Below, in pieces: positions 27,996-43,579 of a DNA stretch of 64,000 nucleotides (position 1 is the stretch's first letter; every line of letters starts with the position of its first letter). Origin of the DNA: the human T2T-CHM13v2.0 reference genome, Homo sapiens; NCBI RefSeq assembly GCF_009914755.1, contig NC_060932.1. The stretch is one strand, 5' to 3'. Position numbers and translations under genes: made by a program. The notes under the pieces were generated by a model. It was not told the DNA's origin. It saw nothing but the letters and a program-made list of their open reading frames with translations, and did no database searches.

Positions 27996-28329
27996 TCACC
28001 CCAAACCAAAGACATAGGTTGGCAGGAGGCGTTGAATAGTAAGTTAATAAGTAACAGAATGCAACTGTATGTTGCCCACAAGAGACTCACTTTAGGCGTA
28101 AGGACACAAAGAGGTTAAAAACGAAGAGTAATCAAAGTCAGAGAGCCAGAAAGTAGAATGATGGTTTTGCCAGGGGCTGGGGAAAAGGGAAAGAGAAGAA
28201 GGAATATAAGGTGTTATTGTGTAAAGTACTTCAGCGGAGTATGATGAAAATTTACAGAGATGAATAGTGGTGATGGATGTACAATAGCATCAATATATTT
28301 AAAGCCACAGAAATGCATGGTTTTTACTT

Positions 28330-28653
28330 TTCTTTTCTTACTTTTTTTTCTTTTTTTGAGACAGAATCTTGTTCTGTTGCCCAGGCTGCAGTGCAGTGGC
28401 ATAATCATGGCTCACTGCAGCCTTCGTCTTCCATGCTCCAGCAATCCTCCCAAATAGCTGCAACTACAGGTGCATGCCACCACTCCCAGCTAATGTTTTA
28501 TTATTATTATTATTTTATTATTATTATTATTATTTTGTAGAAACAGGGTTTCACCATATTGCCCAGGCTGGTCTCAAACTCCTGGGCTCAAACAATTCTC
28601 CCACCTCGACGTCCCAAAGTGCTGGAATTACAGTAAGTTATCGTGTCCAACCA
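28330..28653 (-). mobile_element. AluJ with (TAT)n expansion in the linker
   Basis: Reverse-complement dimer; TATTAT array at about 28499-28534. Confidence 0.9.
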
Positions 28654-28710
28654 GAAGTGTATGCTTATAATGGTTAAAACCAGCAAGCCTGATGTTACTT
28701 CTGTCTTATG

Positions 28711-28733
28711 TCTCTCTCTCTCTTTGTGTGTGT

Positions 28734-28765
<32 letters not shown>
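28711..28765. repeat. (TC)n(TG)n compound microsatellite
   Basis: Direct reading. Confidence 0.93.
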
Positions 28766-30440
28766 TTGAATAGGTCTGTATTTCTAACATTCTGATACTC
28801 TACTACTTTTCTCTTCAAGCCCATGTTTTCACAGTCTGCACTATGTGCTGGGGTACAGTTCTCAATGAGTAAGCAGTGGTCTACTACTAGCTCTCTGAAA
28901 TTTATCTTGTAAATGCATTTAGCTTTAATAATTTCAAAATGTAATGCAGATTGTTACTTCTGCCACGTTTATTCTTTCTGCCATCACAGGCTGGATGTCT
29001 TCTATACTACCTCAAGCAAAATCATTATTGCTGTGGCAAATTAAAACAGCTTCATCAAGATGAACGACTATCATTGATGTTTGTCAGAAATAATAGACTC
29101 TAGCTTGGTAGTTAATGCACTTTTCCACAATACCCAAACTGGTTGAAAATACAACACACCAAGGCTTACAAAGGCCCACTTGCATGTCTCCTTTTCTATT
29201 TTTCTCACAAGGAATAGCAGTTAAAAGAAATGGCAGAAATTGGAGCTACCTGCCCAAGTTGGGCAAAAACACTCTGGATCTTTTTAAAGATAATGCCAAA
29301 GTCACTTACTAAAAAAAGGTTACTTAGTTGGAATTCTGTGAAGGCGCAAAATGATTTAGACAAGCCTGAATGGATTGCAGATGGTAGAAGATAACAAAAA
29401 GTGATTAGAGATTAAATGTAAAATACAGGCGATTTTCTGAAACAGAGGGAGTTGTTTCGTGTGATAAACAGTCAGAAAAAGTATGCTGACACACTGTATG
29501 TGCAAGGAAATGATAGCTCCATAAATCCCAACTATGTATTCCATCCACACCATGAGTCATTGATTCATCTAGAAATAAAAGCTCCAAGGTTGGAAAGAAT
29601 CATGGAGATGAAACCACTTCAAGAGGAATCCTTAGTACCTCAGAGAAACATTTTCAAAGAGAGGAATTACTGGGCTTAATATCACTTTAACTCTAATTTT
29701 GTTGAATTATATCTTTTCAGATCTCATAGAACACATGACATAGATAGTAATAAATATGTTAAATGTAAGTCAAAACCCTGTAGTTAAAAATCAAAACTGA
29801 AAATATCAATAGATTGGTTCATTACACACCATTAATATTAAAGAAAGATATGTAATTATGCAAGTGGATGATCAGATATAAATTAGACAGTTTGTAAAAG
29901 AGTTTAAATGAATTTGATTTTAAAAGTATAAATTACATATATTTTCAATGACTTTTTCAAAGCATGTTGATTTATAATACCTCATTAGATCTGCACAAAA
30001 CCTTGTGACTCTGCAGGGCAGTAAAGAAAATTCTTCTTCATCAAATTACCCTGCTGTTTGAGGACATGCCATGTAAGTATCAATTAAAACTCAACATGAA
30101 TTTCTTTGTAGCAAACTATAGAAGTAGATCAGGTGCCATCATGAATAAAGCAAGTGTCTGAAAAGAAGTATAAGCAACGACATCTATGACAGAGATTAGA
30201 AACAAATCAATTAGTGGAGATAAGATCTATATGAGTGAATAATCAGAATTAATTACAAATGAAGCGCTAAAAATAATTACAATGATACAAAATTAAGCTT
30301 ATGTGTTTGCTAGAAACTCTTAGTATCATTTACATATGTTTTTAAATGTAATCCTTATAATCAGGCTATGAATTGTTAATATTAAACCCATTTTATAAGA
30401 AAGAAAACTGAGGCCAGAGTTAAGAATGAGCTGACTCCAG

Positions 30441-30882
<442 letters not shown>

Positions 30883-33800
30883 TTAATAATAAAAATACAC
30901 TGAGCATCCAAAAGAAAAATGAAGAGGTGTTTTCATTTATATTCCCAACCAAACATACACATGGGAAGCCATATGGTTTCAACCACGAGTCTTTAGTCCA
31001 AACCATCTGTTAGCAAATTTCCTTCAGCTAAGAGGAAAGAGAAAGACTTTCCATGGAGAATATAATCCACCTTTAGAGAACAAGAGCCACAGATTGGCTT
31101 GAATGTTAAATCTCTATGTAAGGTGTCATTTTAAGTTAAACGTTGATTTATATTTGGAATAAATAAACCAATATAAGAGCCATTTAGATAAACTCACACT
31201 TTTTAGCACGAAGGCACTTACGATTGATTATTATTGTCTATTTTCATTGTTGGTACTTGTTTCTTCAAAGATGTACAGATGTATTTCAGTTGGATCAGTT
31301 TTGAGACAAACTGTAACCATTTAAGCCTTCAGAGAGGTGACGTATGTTTTTATCTGCATAACCATCAGGAAAGTGGTTATACAAAACATGTTCTCATTGA
31401 AATTTTTAGTAGCAGTCTCCCCAGTGTATTGATGAGCTTTGTTTGAGTGACAGCCCACTCTAGGATATGTGTTTGAGGGACACTCTAGACTTCAGACCTT
31501 CCTGCTTTACTCAGTTTGAAATATGTCAACAATGACAGCTTTTTACTTCAGCATTTTGTAGACTCAGTATTATCTCATTGAATTGAAAAGTAATAGCTCT
31601 ATTTTAATAAATTTCTCCTCTTTGATTTGCAGGAGGTTTATATCTCAGCAAGAATGAAACTTTGTCATGCCACACCCTTCTTCAAAAACTAATAACTTGA
31701 TTAGATGACAATTTGAACAATAAGAAAATGTTGCCATGGTAATCATTTCTTTCTTGCAGCCATAAGAGGATAATTTTGATTTACAGCATCCTACGAGACA
31801 TTTCTACATGCATAACAGTTTTTTTTTTTATTTTTTGCTGTTTTTACAGAATATTTGTACAGTCTCTAGCAGTAGCTGTTTTTTCTCTCATAGTAGTAAA
31901 CAAATGTTTACAAGTTCTATATAAACAGGTAAAATAAGAATTGTTGACACTTGGATGATAAACTCTTATTATCGGAGCAACATTAGAAGCTTTAAATGAA
32001 TAGTTCACATAGAAGTAAGTTGCTCAGCACATATTGCTTTTATATGTATTGTTTTAGATCTCATACTAATGGATCTCCAATTGGACGTGAAGAGCTTCCA
32101 ACCCTGAGTGAGAGACAAGGGCTGCATTTTCCAAGTGTTTAACTTATTACATTGCCAGATTTTTTTGTCTGGCCCCTCTTTCCTCTCCCACTACATACCT
32201 TCATGTGCTGACTTTTAAAACACAAGGGGTTGATCACCTATTATCATAATTCATATGCCCCAATTTTACCCATGTTCTCTGGTCTCTAACTCAACTGCCA
32301 TGGTCTTAAATCAAGCTCTCTTTTAGTTTATAGTAATTTATTTTTAAAAAATACATTTCAGCTTCTAATGCTATGTCCTAAAATATATAAATGATACACT
32401 AAAAAAAATAACTCTATTGTACATAAAAAATAAAACGATTTGGCATTCCTAAAATTCAGTCATTCAACATTATTCTTACTACTCCCTACAGAGATCCTAT
32501 GATCTCAGTAGTTTTGAACACTGCAGATTCTTACAGTCTTTATTTATTTTTAACATCGCCTGCCCTAGGTTATTTTTCTATCAGAGGGAAAAACAAGTAG
32601 ATTTTTCATAAGGGCTCAGATATTAACAATTATCTTTCCAACTGATATATCACGGTAGCAGTAAATGTTCAAAGAGAAAATGTTTTCCTTATAAAGCTTC
32701 AAATTAAGCCAAGATGTTTATTTACTATACACATAAAATAAAAAATAGGAATATTCTACTATAAAGTCAGTGTAAATGACCTTAACAAAATTAATGGCAC
32801 TGAACATTTTATAAGAGCCTGGAGAATCGTCCTCATCACCATCTGTCTGATTCCACATGGTGCTCTGAGATGTTCACCGGAATGTATATTGGCAGCACCA
32901 AAGAGCGACGTCTCTATGCCTCCGGCTGGCTCCCGCAAATGCAGAGTGACTGTCACCTGGGGAGAGCACCGGCTTAGCTGGAGGACTTAGGGCCTGTCAT
33001 TTCTGCTCTAGTCTCCTTCTGCACATTTAAGAACTCTAGACTTAAGACTCAGAAATAGTTTTGGGGGCTCACTCAAAAATATCTTACAGGATGCCCAATT
33101 ATTCATGGTCTCCTCACAGTGAAAGTAGCATTTGACTAGGCCAGTTTATATTACTTTGCATAGAATCTGTAATTCAGGCCAGCAACTTAAAAATGTGGAA
33201 AGAAATGGGAAAAAGTCTTGAAGTCGTTATATATTTTAGAAACATATATAGTTATAGTTAAACATAATGTATTTAAATATTTATGTAAAATATAATAATT
33301 AAATCTTGAAGTTTTATTTGTCATTCCCTAGATTTAGAAAACCATGAGATATGATTTGAATGATGAGTCCCCACAGAAAGTTTCTTTTTGATTATAGTTC
33401 ATTAGTGATTTCAGGATAAGTACATTCCAATACAGTAAATATGGATGATATAAGTATGTATTATGTAATTTATGGACATATTTTATTACTTTTATATATA
33501 TTACCTATGTATTCAGAATAAGAGAATAGTGTCATTAAAACTTTAATACTATGTATACTAAATATAATTTATATATCAAAGTAAATATATACAATAAATA
33601 AGTGTATTTACATAAATACATAAATATAAGTATTAATAAATTAATATTTAATATTAAGGCTTTATTAAATATTAGTATATTATACAGTTTTAAATACACA
33701 GTTATACAGTGTTTAGTATTTGTTTACCATAGTACGATATATAAAAGGAAATAAGTTCAAGTATTTCCTCAGGAGTTTAGGCATTTTTAAAGAGCAGAAA

Positions 33801-36800
33801 TATTAAATTATCTGGTTGAGAATTGCTGTGATAGTTTAACATTGTAATTAACCTATCAATAACTCCATTTGATGTAGTCACTCAAAAATTTAATTCTCTT
33901 AGAATATGTGCAGTGCGATTTCACCCTATATGCTATTCAGATATTTTGCAGACGCAGAATTGAGAGAACTGAGTTTAAGATTGTGATAAAAACCTTCTGT
34001 GCAGCTGTTCATGCCCATTTTGAAAATACCTAGCTGCAAGACACTTGGGAGAAGTAAAATTTAACACGTGATGCTATAATACGTGCGTTAAGACTTCAAT
34101 TTCACAGATCATGAATTATTAAGTTATATATATCCTTAAAGAAATCACGGCATATCACCTCGAGTCCTGAAATCACAGACATTAACATGCACTGAGAAGA
34201 CTATGTAGGTTATTTAAAGTCGTGCTATTGTTTTTATTTATATAACCTCACCTGAATATATTAGACTACTTTTAGTATGTTCCTCATCATAGTACATTAC
34301 TTACAGGTATCTGTAAATGTGGAAAAGGTAACAATCTAATATTATATTCTATAGTGTAAACTTTAATGTTTATAGGGAACTATGAGATAATAATAAAACA
34401 GGAAGGGTGATCACATATGCAATGTTTTATGGTAAGCACGTTTTTATGTATTACATAATTTAAGTGTCACAAAATCTTTAGGAGGGAATTATTACTTTGC
34501 TGAAGAAATGAGAAAAGTGAGGGTTGGAATTTCAGCCAGCACATCTTGTTTATTTAGCTGATAAATATATTAAGGTGTCTGATTTCAAAGCCCACATTGT
34601 TCTTTGTACATTAATTCACTGTTTTCACTTTTGACCTTTAGGAGAGCTTTAAGGAGATAATATTCATTCAGATACCACAAGTTGAAAAGGAAAATGAGAA
34701 GTACTTCACACTTCGCTAATATTTGAGCTTACCTTATATATCTAATATGAATTCCTATGTAAAAGATTCAAAAGGGCAATGTAATATAAAGCAGATTAAA
34801 AAACAGAACGTGGTGTAATTCTATTTTTTTAAATAAAAGAAACATAGAAAAAGACCGGCAGTGTTGCAGGATATACTGTCTTCACCTTTGTTGACGTGTA
34901 AACCCCCCTTTGGTTACTGAATCTCTACCATTGTAACAACGCGGTTGTATTTTTATTTTTAAAATTTGTGTTCTAATAATGCTCTACAATGAGAATAGTT
35001 CTTTCTTTAAAGAGAAAAACAATCACAAAAGCCCAGCAGAGGTTCCAGCCCATGCACACTTCTCTGGAACCATCCTGCCTGCCCACACCGGCCGAGGGTG
35101 ACCTCACGCCCCTTCCTTGTTTACCAGAGCACAGCCCCGTAGTCATGGGGACTTGGCCCAAATAGGGCAAGGCTTCCATTAACCGTAAGTCATGAATTTG
35201 AATTATTTTAAAAAATCCTTAAGGATTACTTCTTGGAGAACTTTAGCTATGATGCACACAGTAATATGAAGCCCTTAGTGATGAAAGCCAGAGCTGGTTG
35301 GATGCCACTGGGCCACGGCAGCCACTGGGCATCATGGCAAGTGCAGGGGGAGGAAGAGGGAGTGTCTCAGAGGGAGGCAGCTCCCGCAGAGGGGAGGGCA
35401 TGGGCATCCTCACAGGCGCCCCGAGAAGGGGCAGCCTCACAGAAAGAAGTGTAGGCACCCTGCAGATCACGTCACAGCTCATGAGAGCCATACGGAAAAG
35501 TGACCAGCGCCTACAGCCAAATTATTAGTGGCTTCCTAGTTTTGGCACACGTGTCCGAGCCAAGAACTCTCATCTCTCTCTTTCTTAAGTGGTTCTAGTG
35601 ACCCAAATAATCTAAGTTTTTTTAAAAAGATTATTCAAAACGAAGACAGGCAGGAAAAAATAAGAGAAGGAATAAAAAGAGTAGGAATGAGAAACAAAAG
35701 AAGAATAAAAGATAAAGAAGGGAAGGAGGATAGAGAAAAGGGAAAGAAAAAGATAAAATAGAATTCTAACCTTTGCTTCAAGGAATTCCAAGCCTTGGGG
35801 GACAGACAGTTATCGACACAAGAGGAGTGAGAAGTCGGGGGAAGAAGGGGTGTGCAGAGGAGACACCTCAGGCATGACGTGAGCAAAGACAGAAAGAACC
35901 CGGGATGTTCGCAGGACGCAGGGGAACTTGCTTGTAAAGGGGAACAGCTTCAACTGAGAAACAAGAAAATCCAGGTCAGTTACTGAGGCAAAGGTCAAAC
36001 CGTGAATACCCTTTCTGAATAAGATGCTTAATGGAAAGCAGAGACTCTTACTTAATATTATTTTATTCTCTTTCACTGATGCATTCAGCTGACATTCAGA
36101 TATAGCGTCCTCCATTATTTATATGTGTATTTAGTTACATATAGTTATTGTTGGAAATTTTATATATAAGGCCTTTCTCCCTTAACATATCAACCATGCA
36201 ATATTATTGGGAAAATTTAATGACATGGAATACACAATACACCTAGCATTGCTCAATAAAGACAACGTTACAGCAAATATCAGCTCCTCATCTTTTTCTC
36301 CTGTAAACAGTTTAGACTAAATTATTTCAGTGTTTTCTTTCAACTTTAATATACCATGAGTCAGTCTCTATGATTCCTATACTCAGGGTTATTTTATCAA
36401 GGAATGTTATAATACACAAGTTTATAAGAGATTACGGAGATAGAAAAGACCACACGATCGGCACAGAAAGAATAAAGGTAAAACACTATTATGCCAAAAG
36501 AAACACACACCTTTCATTTCAAAAAGACAGATTACTTGCACAGTATAAGGAAAGGCTAAAAGACATAACTTCGGTCCGTCAGAAACACAGGGTTTGATGT
36601 CTCCACAAACAAAACTAGTTGTACAGGAAATCATGCCTTTTCACTTAGAAAAAAGTAGATTCAAAATTTTCTTTTCACAGTGTTTGTTTGTTGCCTACAG
36701 TCTTATTGAATTATATTTAAAAACTGGCAAAAAATGTTGACATATATTTGAACAGACCCCAGAGTTTTATTTGTAAAAAGAAAACATTTCAAATGATTAC

Positions 36801-36879
36801 TTTTCTACATTAGAGTAATCAAAATCCCCATGGAAATAACACTTTAAAAGAGAAATAGAAAGTTAATTGTAGCCAGTTT

Positions 36880-38450
36880 CATTTAGTTATTCAACATCCA
36901 GTCAGTGAAATATTGACTGAATGCCTGGTACAGGCAGGCTCTCCGTCAGCTCCTGGGAGGGAGAAATTAATAGCTAGATGGGGGAGCATCAGATTTTGGA
37001 TGGGGTCACAGTTGGACTCTGATGCAAAATGACATTTAAGCTGAAATGGAAAAGATGAGCAGGAATTACCTAAGGTAAGAGTGAATTTAAAAACCCTCTT
37101 GCCCAGTAAACAGCAGAAGCCAAGCCCTCAGGAAGGAACGAGACTGGAGTATTCAAAGATCCGAAAAAAGATGAATTGGCCCAAACCACTGAAACTTGAG
37201 AACAAGAAAGAAGAAAAGGAGAAAGCATGAAAGATGCTTAGATGAGAAGGTCCAATTTATATGTTAAACAGTTCATCGTCGCTACTCCTACAGACCCAGG
37301 CAAAGCCAATTAGAGGAAGAAGGAGAGGAGGATGTTGAAGTCATTCAGACAGAAGGGTGAAGTGTTCGGCTGGCATGCTGAGTGAGGGTTGAAGGGCAGC
37401 AGACAGATTTCATTGCGTTCGAGAAAAAATGTGAGAGAAATGTGTGAGTGGTTTGCTTCCAAGAATTGAGGGAAATGGAGTTGCCTCTCTGAAGCCACTG
37501 AGCCAACGGTGGTAGCACTCACCATGGTGGCTAAAGCAATAGAAGAACACATCACGATTTGGAAGGTCAAGAGTTCCATTGCTGATCTCAGATCCCCACA
37601 GGCAACCAAGAGGAAACCTCAGTTGGTCTGTTGGTTATATGCATGTGTGTCTGGATTAGAGAGCCGAGATCTCTTAGAGAAACATGGTATTCACTTTCTT
37701 CCAAGAGATGAGACTGAAAAGCATGGGAATCATTGATGTGACCTAGAATGGGACTCAGCACCATGTTGAACCCTTGAAAACGCAATCATGCTTCTTTGCT
37801 CGTGCCGCTCCTTCCACCCAAAATACTCTTCAGCCAGGTCTTCCTGTCACAGCCTGCTCAGCACACAGGTATCAGCTCAGATGTCATCTGCAAAATGGCC
37901 CTCCCTGTGCACCCTGGCTAAACCGGCAGGACTCCTTCCCCTTCTCTATCTACCTGCTTTATGTTGCTATGTGGACAGCACGTAACACGATCACAAACTG
38001 TATCCTTCGTCGACTCAGCACCCTTCCAACTATCATGTAGGCCCATGGTAGCAGCGGATTTTCTGTCTGGTTTATTGTTCTCATTCTGAGTCTGCACAGA
38101 GACTGTCACACAGTAAGAAAGCAACACGTGAGGTAGTCAGTGACTGGAGTAGCAAAGAAGCCAGCCCGTGGCTGAGCCTGGAGCGTTGTGAACATTTTGA
38201 GGTCAAGAATAGGCAGATAAAACAACACAGAGGCTGAGGAGCAGGCAGATAGGCCGGGAATAGCTTAGGGGATTCCAGATAGGAAAATGTTCCAAAATAG
38301 AAAGGTTTGCAAACAGTTTGAAATGACGCTAAGAAGCCAAATCGGTAGAAGACAGGGAAGGATCCATCGGTTTTGCAACACTGAAGATCACTGGTGATTT
38401 TAGCCAGTCCAGCTCAGGTGGAATAATGGAAGATTGAAGTCGTCAGACGG
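36880..38450. mobile_element. Cluster of diverged L2 fragments
   Basis: TTATTCAAC...ATATTGACTGAATGCC, GACATTTAAGCTGAAA, GGTATCAGCTCAGATGTCA and AAGATCACTGGTGATTTTAG resemble L2 segments. Confidence 0.5.
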
Positions 38451-40782
38451 AGGGAAGAAATTTTACTGTTCGAGAAAAACTCTCTGAGAATAGCATTTGA
38501 TTAAATAAAGCGCTCTCAAAGGATTTATCTTGAAGTAAACTGGGATTTCTCTGCCTTAGGCACTAACAGGTCAACAAGTGACTTGACATTCTTAATTTAT
38601 CTTTAAAACGTGAATTCCCCCCTGGTCCAAAGATAACCTGACTTTATGCAGAGTAGACTGACGAAGCAAAACCCCCCAGATCACTGCCTCTTTGTATGTT
38701 AACAAATTTCAACATAGTAGCCTCAAGTTACACATTGTACACTTAGAAATTACTGATTCTCTAACCATAGGTTAACTCATCATTCAATCAGCATTATTTA
38801 CATAAGAAAGTAATTGTTTTTTTCTCTTCAGATTTTGTTATTGTTGCTTTTATTACCAGAATAAAATTGAGCAAACATTTTCTTTAACATTCCTGCTAGA
38901 GAAAAGGGATTTATTTTAAAAAATTCAAAGAGCTATAGCAAAGGCAGAACTACTTTGGCAATAATTTTAGAAAATGCAATCATTTCTAGGGCTGGGCTTT
39001 AACCATTTGATAATGCATCTTAAATCAACAGTGTTGGTTGGAGGCATTCTTCCATCTCATAGGTAAAGCCCCGTTCGCCTTCTTGGACCTTCAGCCCTGA
39101 CACCCCCCCATCCCCACTTAATCCTCAATGACTTATTGAATCAAAATTAAAGACTACCCCTGGGATATGTCCATGTTATAGGAGATTATTTTTTAATGAG
39201 AAAAACACCAAAAGTGCCTACATATATCTCATTAACATGTCATGATAAAACCTTAGATTGTGATGGGCGTTGAAGATGAGTATTGGTTAGAACAAGTGGG
39301 ATGTCTGGCTTCTTTTTTAAAAAATTGCATAAAGATGATGATTCTGGATTTACTACCTAAATGTAATGCTAATTCTCCTGAAAGAATTCCTTTACATTTA
39401 AAAAATAATTAAATAACTGTCACCCTAATGATTCATCCATCAGTACTATTTAGGCACAGGAATGACTTCAGTTAAAAAGATGACCACACCAATGTCCTTG
39501 CCAAGTTTTGCTGCCCTTGTTTTGTTTTTGGCAGTCTCCATTTGCTTTCCTGTTTCAGGTGCAAAGACATCTGTGTCTATTGGTTCCCCTTCAGAGATTA
39601 TGTTCCTGGTTAGTGATCCTGTTTTAAGAAGGAAGTTCTCTGAGAATGGCAGACAACAAAATGAAGCAAGGGGCTTCAAAATTATAATGATCATTTCAGA
39701 AGTATAAATTACACTTTAATAACACTTTGAAAAGTGGGTGCTCTCGCACCTGAGAGATATGTTTCCTCAGTGAGTGTCCTACTAACTGATACTTTTAGTG
39801 TTAGAGTCTGCCCTGTTGACTCCCAACACTAATTTATTAAATAGTTGCTGACGTCATTGTTTTAACATTTATTTCTCTAACTTTATGTTACCAAGAATTT
39901 ATAGACAGTAAATCATTAAACATCATATATGATGAACACACCTTTTCTCACAGAACTCAAATAAAACATAACTTAAAATGTCTACATTGGATATAACATA
40001 AATTACTCTGACACTGAGAAGTACCACATAAAATTATGTGGAAAATGCATACTCAGAAGTGCATCGTGTCATACATAAGACTCAGAGGTGCACTGTGTCA
40101 AAGGTGTCTTTGGTCCTGCCATATTTTCTTGAGACTGACAAGTTTGCAAACTAGGCAAGACTTCACAGTGAATGGTTGCTACTCCCGGCAGGATAATGCA
40201 AATAATATCTAACATATGTATAATACAAGTCTGTTCCCAATTTAGAAGTCAAATACAGATGCAATGGCATCAGAATACAATGGACAATTGTATTAGTGGT
40301 GCACGCACGTCAAAAGTTCATTTCATTTTTAGCTACTTAAATTTTCATCTTAATTTGAAAGGATAAATTAATATTTCCTAATTTAAAAAATGTTAATGAC
40401 ATATTTTTCAATCTTAAGACATGAAAATAGTGTATATAAATCTGAAAACATTCAATGATCCTTCAATTAAAAATGGAAATGTCATGTAAACACTGATTTC
40501 CCTTCAGCAACCCCATAGGCATTGCTTTATAATCAGATATTACTTCTCAAGTATCCACTTGATGCATAGCTTGTAACCAGCTATGAAGTGTTAAATATCA
40601 GGCTGTGAACATCATAGACACAGAGAAGAAACCTGACGTATGTATTCAAAACTATTTAAAATGCATAGGGCATAAAATACATAAAATATATCATTCCATT
40701 TCAAGTGGATTCAGTATGAAACATGAAGATGAATATGCATGACCCTTATATAAAATGTCTGTAAATGTTTTATCTGGGATTA

Positions 40783-41425
40783 CTGTCAGTGAAATAAAGG
40801 GCTGACTCAGCACATCTGGGTAGGGGGTGGTGGGGGGAGGGGGCCGTGCCCTGCCCGTTAGAAGTTTGGTTCTTGACCTGATGCTGGGAAGTAGCCTCTA
40901 AACCCTTGGAATGTCCTAGCTTATGAGAGTGTCTTCGTTTACCTGGGGACCTTAGGCCACAGCAGATAGTCTATGTGTTCACGTGATTAATGGTGGGGGC
41001 CTTTGGCCACTTGGTCCAGCCACATGGTATTGGAGCACCCCTCTGGTAGGACTGAAGACTAAGGTCAGCAATGTGGGTGGACAGCATGCCTGTGTGACAC
41101 TCTGTGACAAACTCCAGTTAAACTTCTATAGGCACCGAGGCTCAGGAGAGCTTCTGTGGTCTGCAATCCTCTGTGCGTGGGGTCACACGTCATTCCTGGG
41201 AGAATTAATGCTGTCGGCACAACTCTACTGGGAGTGGACAACCGCAAGTTTGAACCTGCTGTCTCCCGGACTCTGCCCATGTACCTCTTCCCTTTTTTGC
41301 CTTTAAACTGTCTCTTTTCACTGTCACAAGCCATAGCCATGCACATAATGACCTTCCTGAGCTCTGTGCAGCCTTCTATCAAATTACTTAACTCGAGAGT
41401 GGTACTGGGGACACCTCAAACTGCA
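40783..41425 (+). mobile_element. MER68/MER77-like (ERVL) solo LTR
   Basis: TGTCAGTGAAATAAAGGGCTGACTCAGCA...GCCTCTAAACCCTTGGAATGTCC...GAGAGTGGTACTGGGGACAC. Confidence 0.65.
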
Positions 41426-41949
41426 CATCCAACAAATGAAATGAAAGGTGTGATTAGAACTGTGCTGCCTACTCAGCCTTTCTGGATTGAGCCATGATTA
41501 AGGCACACAGTTTGATTGCTTACCCATTAGTGAATACAGCCATGCATCATGTGTCCTGAGAAATGCTTCCTTAGGCGATTCTTGACGTTTTGCAAACATC
41601 ACACAGTGCACTGTGCACTTGCCCAATCCTAGATAGTAGAGCCTGCTGGGCTATAGGGTACAGCCGCTTGCTCCTAGGCTACAAACTCACACCACATGTG
41701 ACTGTACTGAATAATGCAGGCAACTCTAACACAATGGTAAGAAATTTGTGTATCTAAACCTAACTAAACATTGAAAAACTAAGGTAAAAACACTGTTTAA
41801 TGATAAAAAAAAAAATGGGATGCCTATATAAGATACTTACTATAAACAGAGCTTGTGGGCCTTGACGTTGCTCTGGGTGACTCAGTAAGTGGACGGTGAG
41901 TGCGTGTGAAGGCCAAGGACATGGCTGTGCACTGCTGTAGAAACACTGT

Positions 41950-42538
<589 letters not shown>

Positions 42539-43063
42539 GCTTCCATCTCAAAAAAAAAAAAAAAAAAAAAAGAAAGAAAGAAAGAAAAAAAAAATGAGAC
42601 ACTGCACACTTAGGTTACTCTACATTTGTAACACAAAATATTTTCTTCAGTAATAAATTAGCTTTAACTTCCTGTAAGCTGACTTAGTTTACTTTTTGGC
42701 TTTATAAACTTCTATTTAGCTTTTGGCTCTTTTGTAATAACACTTAGCTTGAAACACAAACACATTGAACAGCTGTACAAAAATATTTTCAGTCTTAATA
42801 TCCTTACTCTATAAGCTTTTTCTATTTTATTATTTTTTTGTACTTTTTGAAGTTTTGTGTTAAGAACTAAGGCAGAAACACACACATTAGCCTAGGCCTA
42901 CAACACAGGGTCAGAATAATCAACATGACTTCTTCCATCTTTGCATCTTGTCCCATTGGAAGGTCTTCAGGAGCAGTAACAGGCGTGGAACTGTCATTTT
43001 CTAGGACAACGATGCCTTCTTCTGGAATCCCTCCTGAAGGCCCTGCCTGAGGCTGTTGTACAG

Positions 43064-43235
43064 GCCGGGATTACAGGCATGCGCCACCACGCCTGGCTAA
43101 TTTTTGGATTTTTAGTAGAGATGAGGGTTCTCCATGTTGGCTAGGCTGGTCTCAGACTCCTGACCTCAGGTGATCCGCCCGCCTCAGCCTCCCACAGTGG
43201 TAGGATTACAGGTGTGAGCCACCTCTCCTGTCCCT
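43064..43235 (-). mobile_element. AluS fragment lacking most of the right arm and the tail
   Basis: GGGATTACAGGCATGCGCCACCACGCCTGGCTAATTTTT...GTGAGCCACC. Confidence 0.9.
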
Positions 43236-43579
43236 GGAAGTAAAATCTTTAGGAGTCTATCTAAGCCAGTCAAACCCCTTTTACTTAACCTACCATCTGT
43301 TCCTGAGGAATGTACATGTAACTTTATGCTGGTCATGAAACGGAATGTGAAAAACATCTTTTCAGGAAATGTTTTCTCCCACCCTACAAAACAAATCATG
43401 ACGCAGAGATGCTCTTCTCCCTAGTCTTGATCCTGTGGAGAGGTGAAGCCTGGAGCCACGCTCTTGTGACCATCTTGGGAGCAGCTGGCTCAGCGAGGAT
43501 GGCAGGGAGTAAGGCAGAGAGGTTCTCCTGACACTTCCACACTTTGAGTTTCATACGATCATATCTTTTCTTTATTTTT

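Noticed and set aside
39446-39707. Overlapping 81/82-aa ORFs on both strands; the + one has a signal-peptide-like stretch, and there is a minus-strand acceptor-like TTCTCAG
   Set aside because: No recognisable homology, no convincing donor, and a length expected by chance; would need conservation or Ribo-seq support
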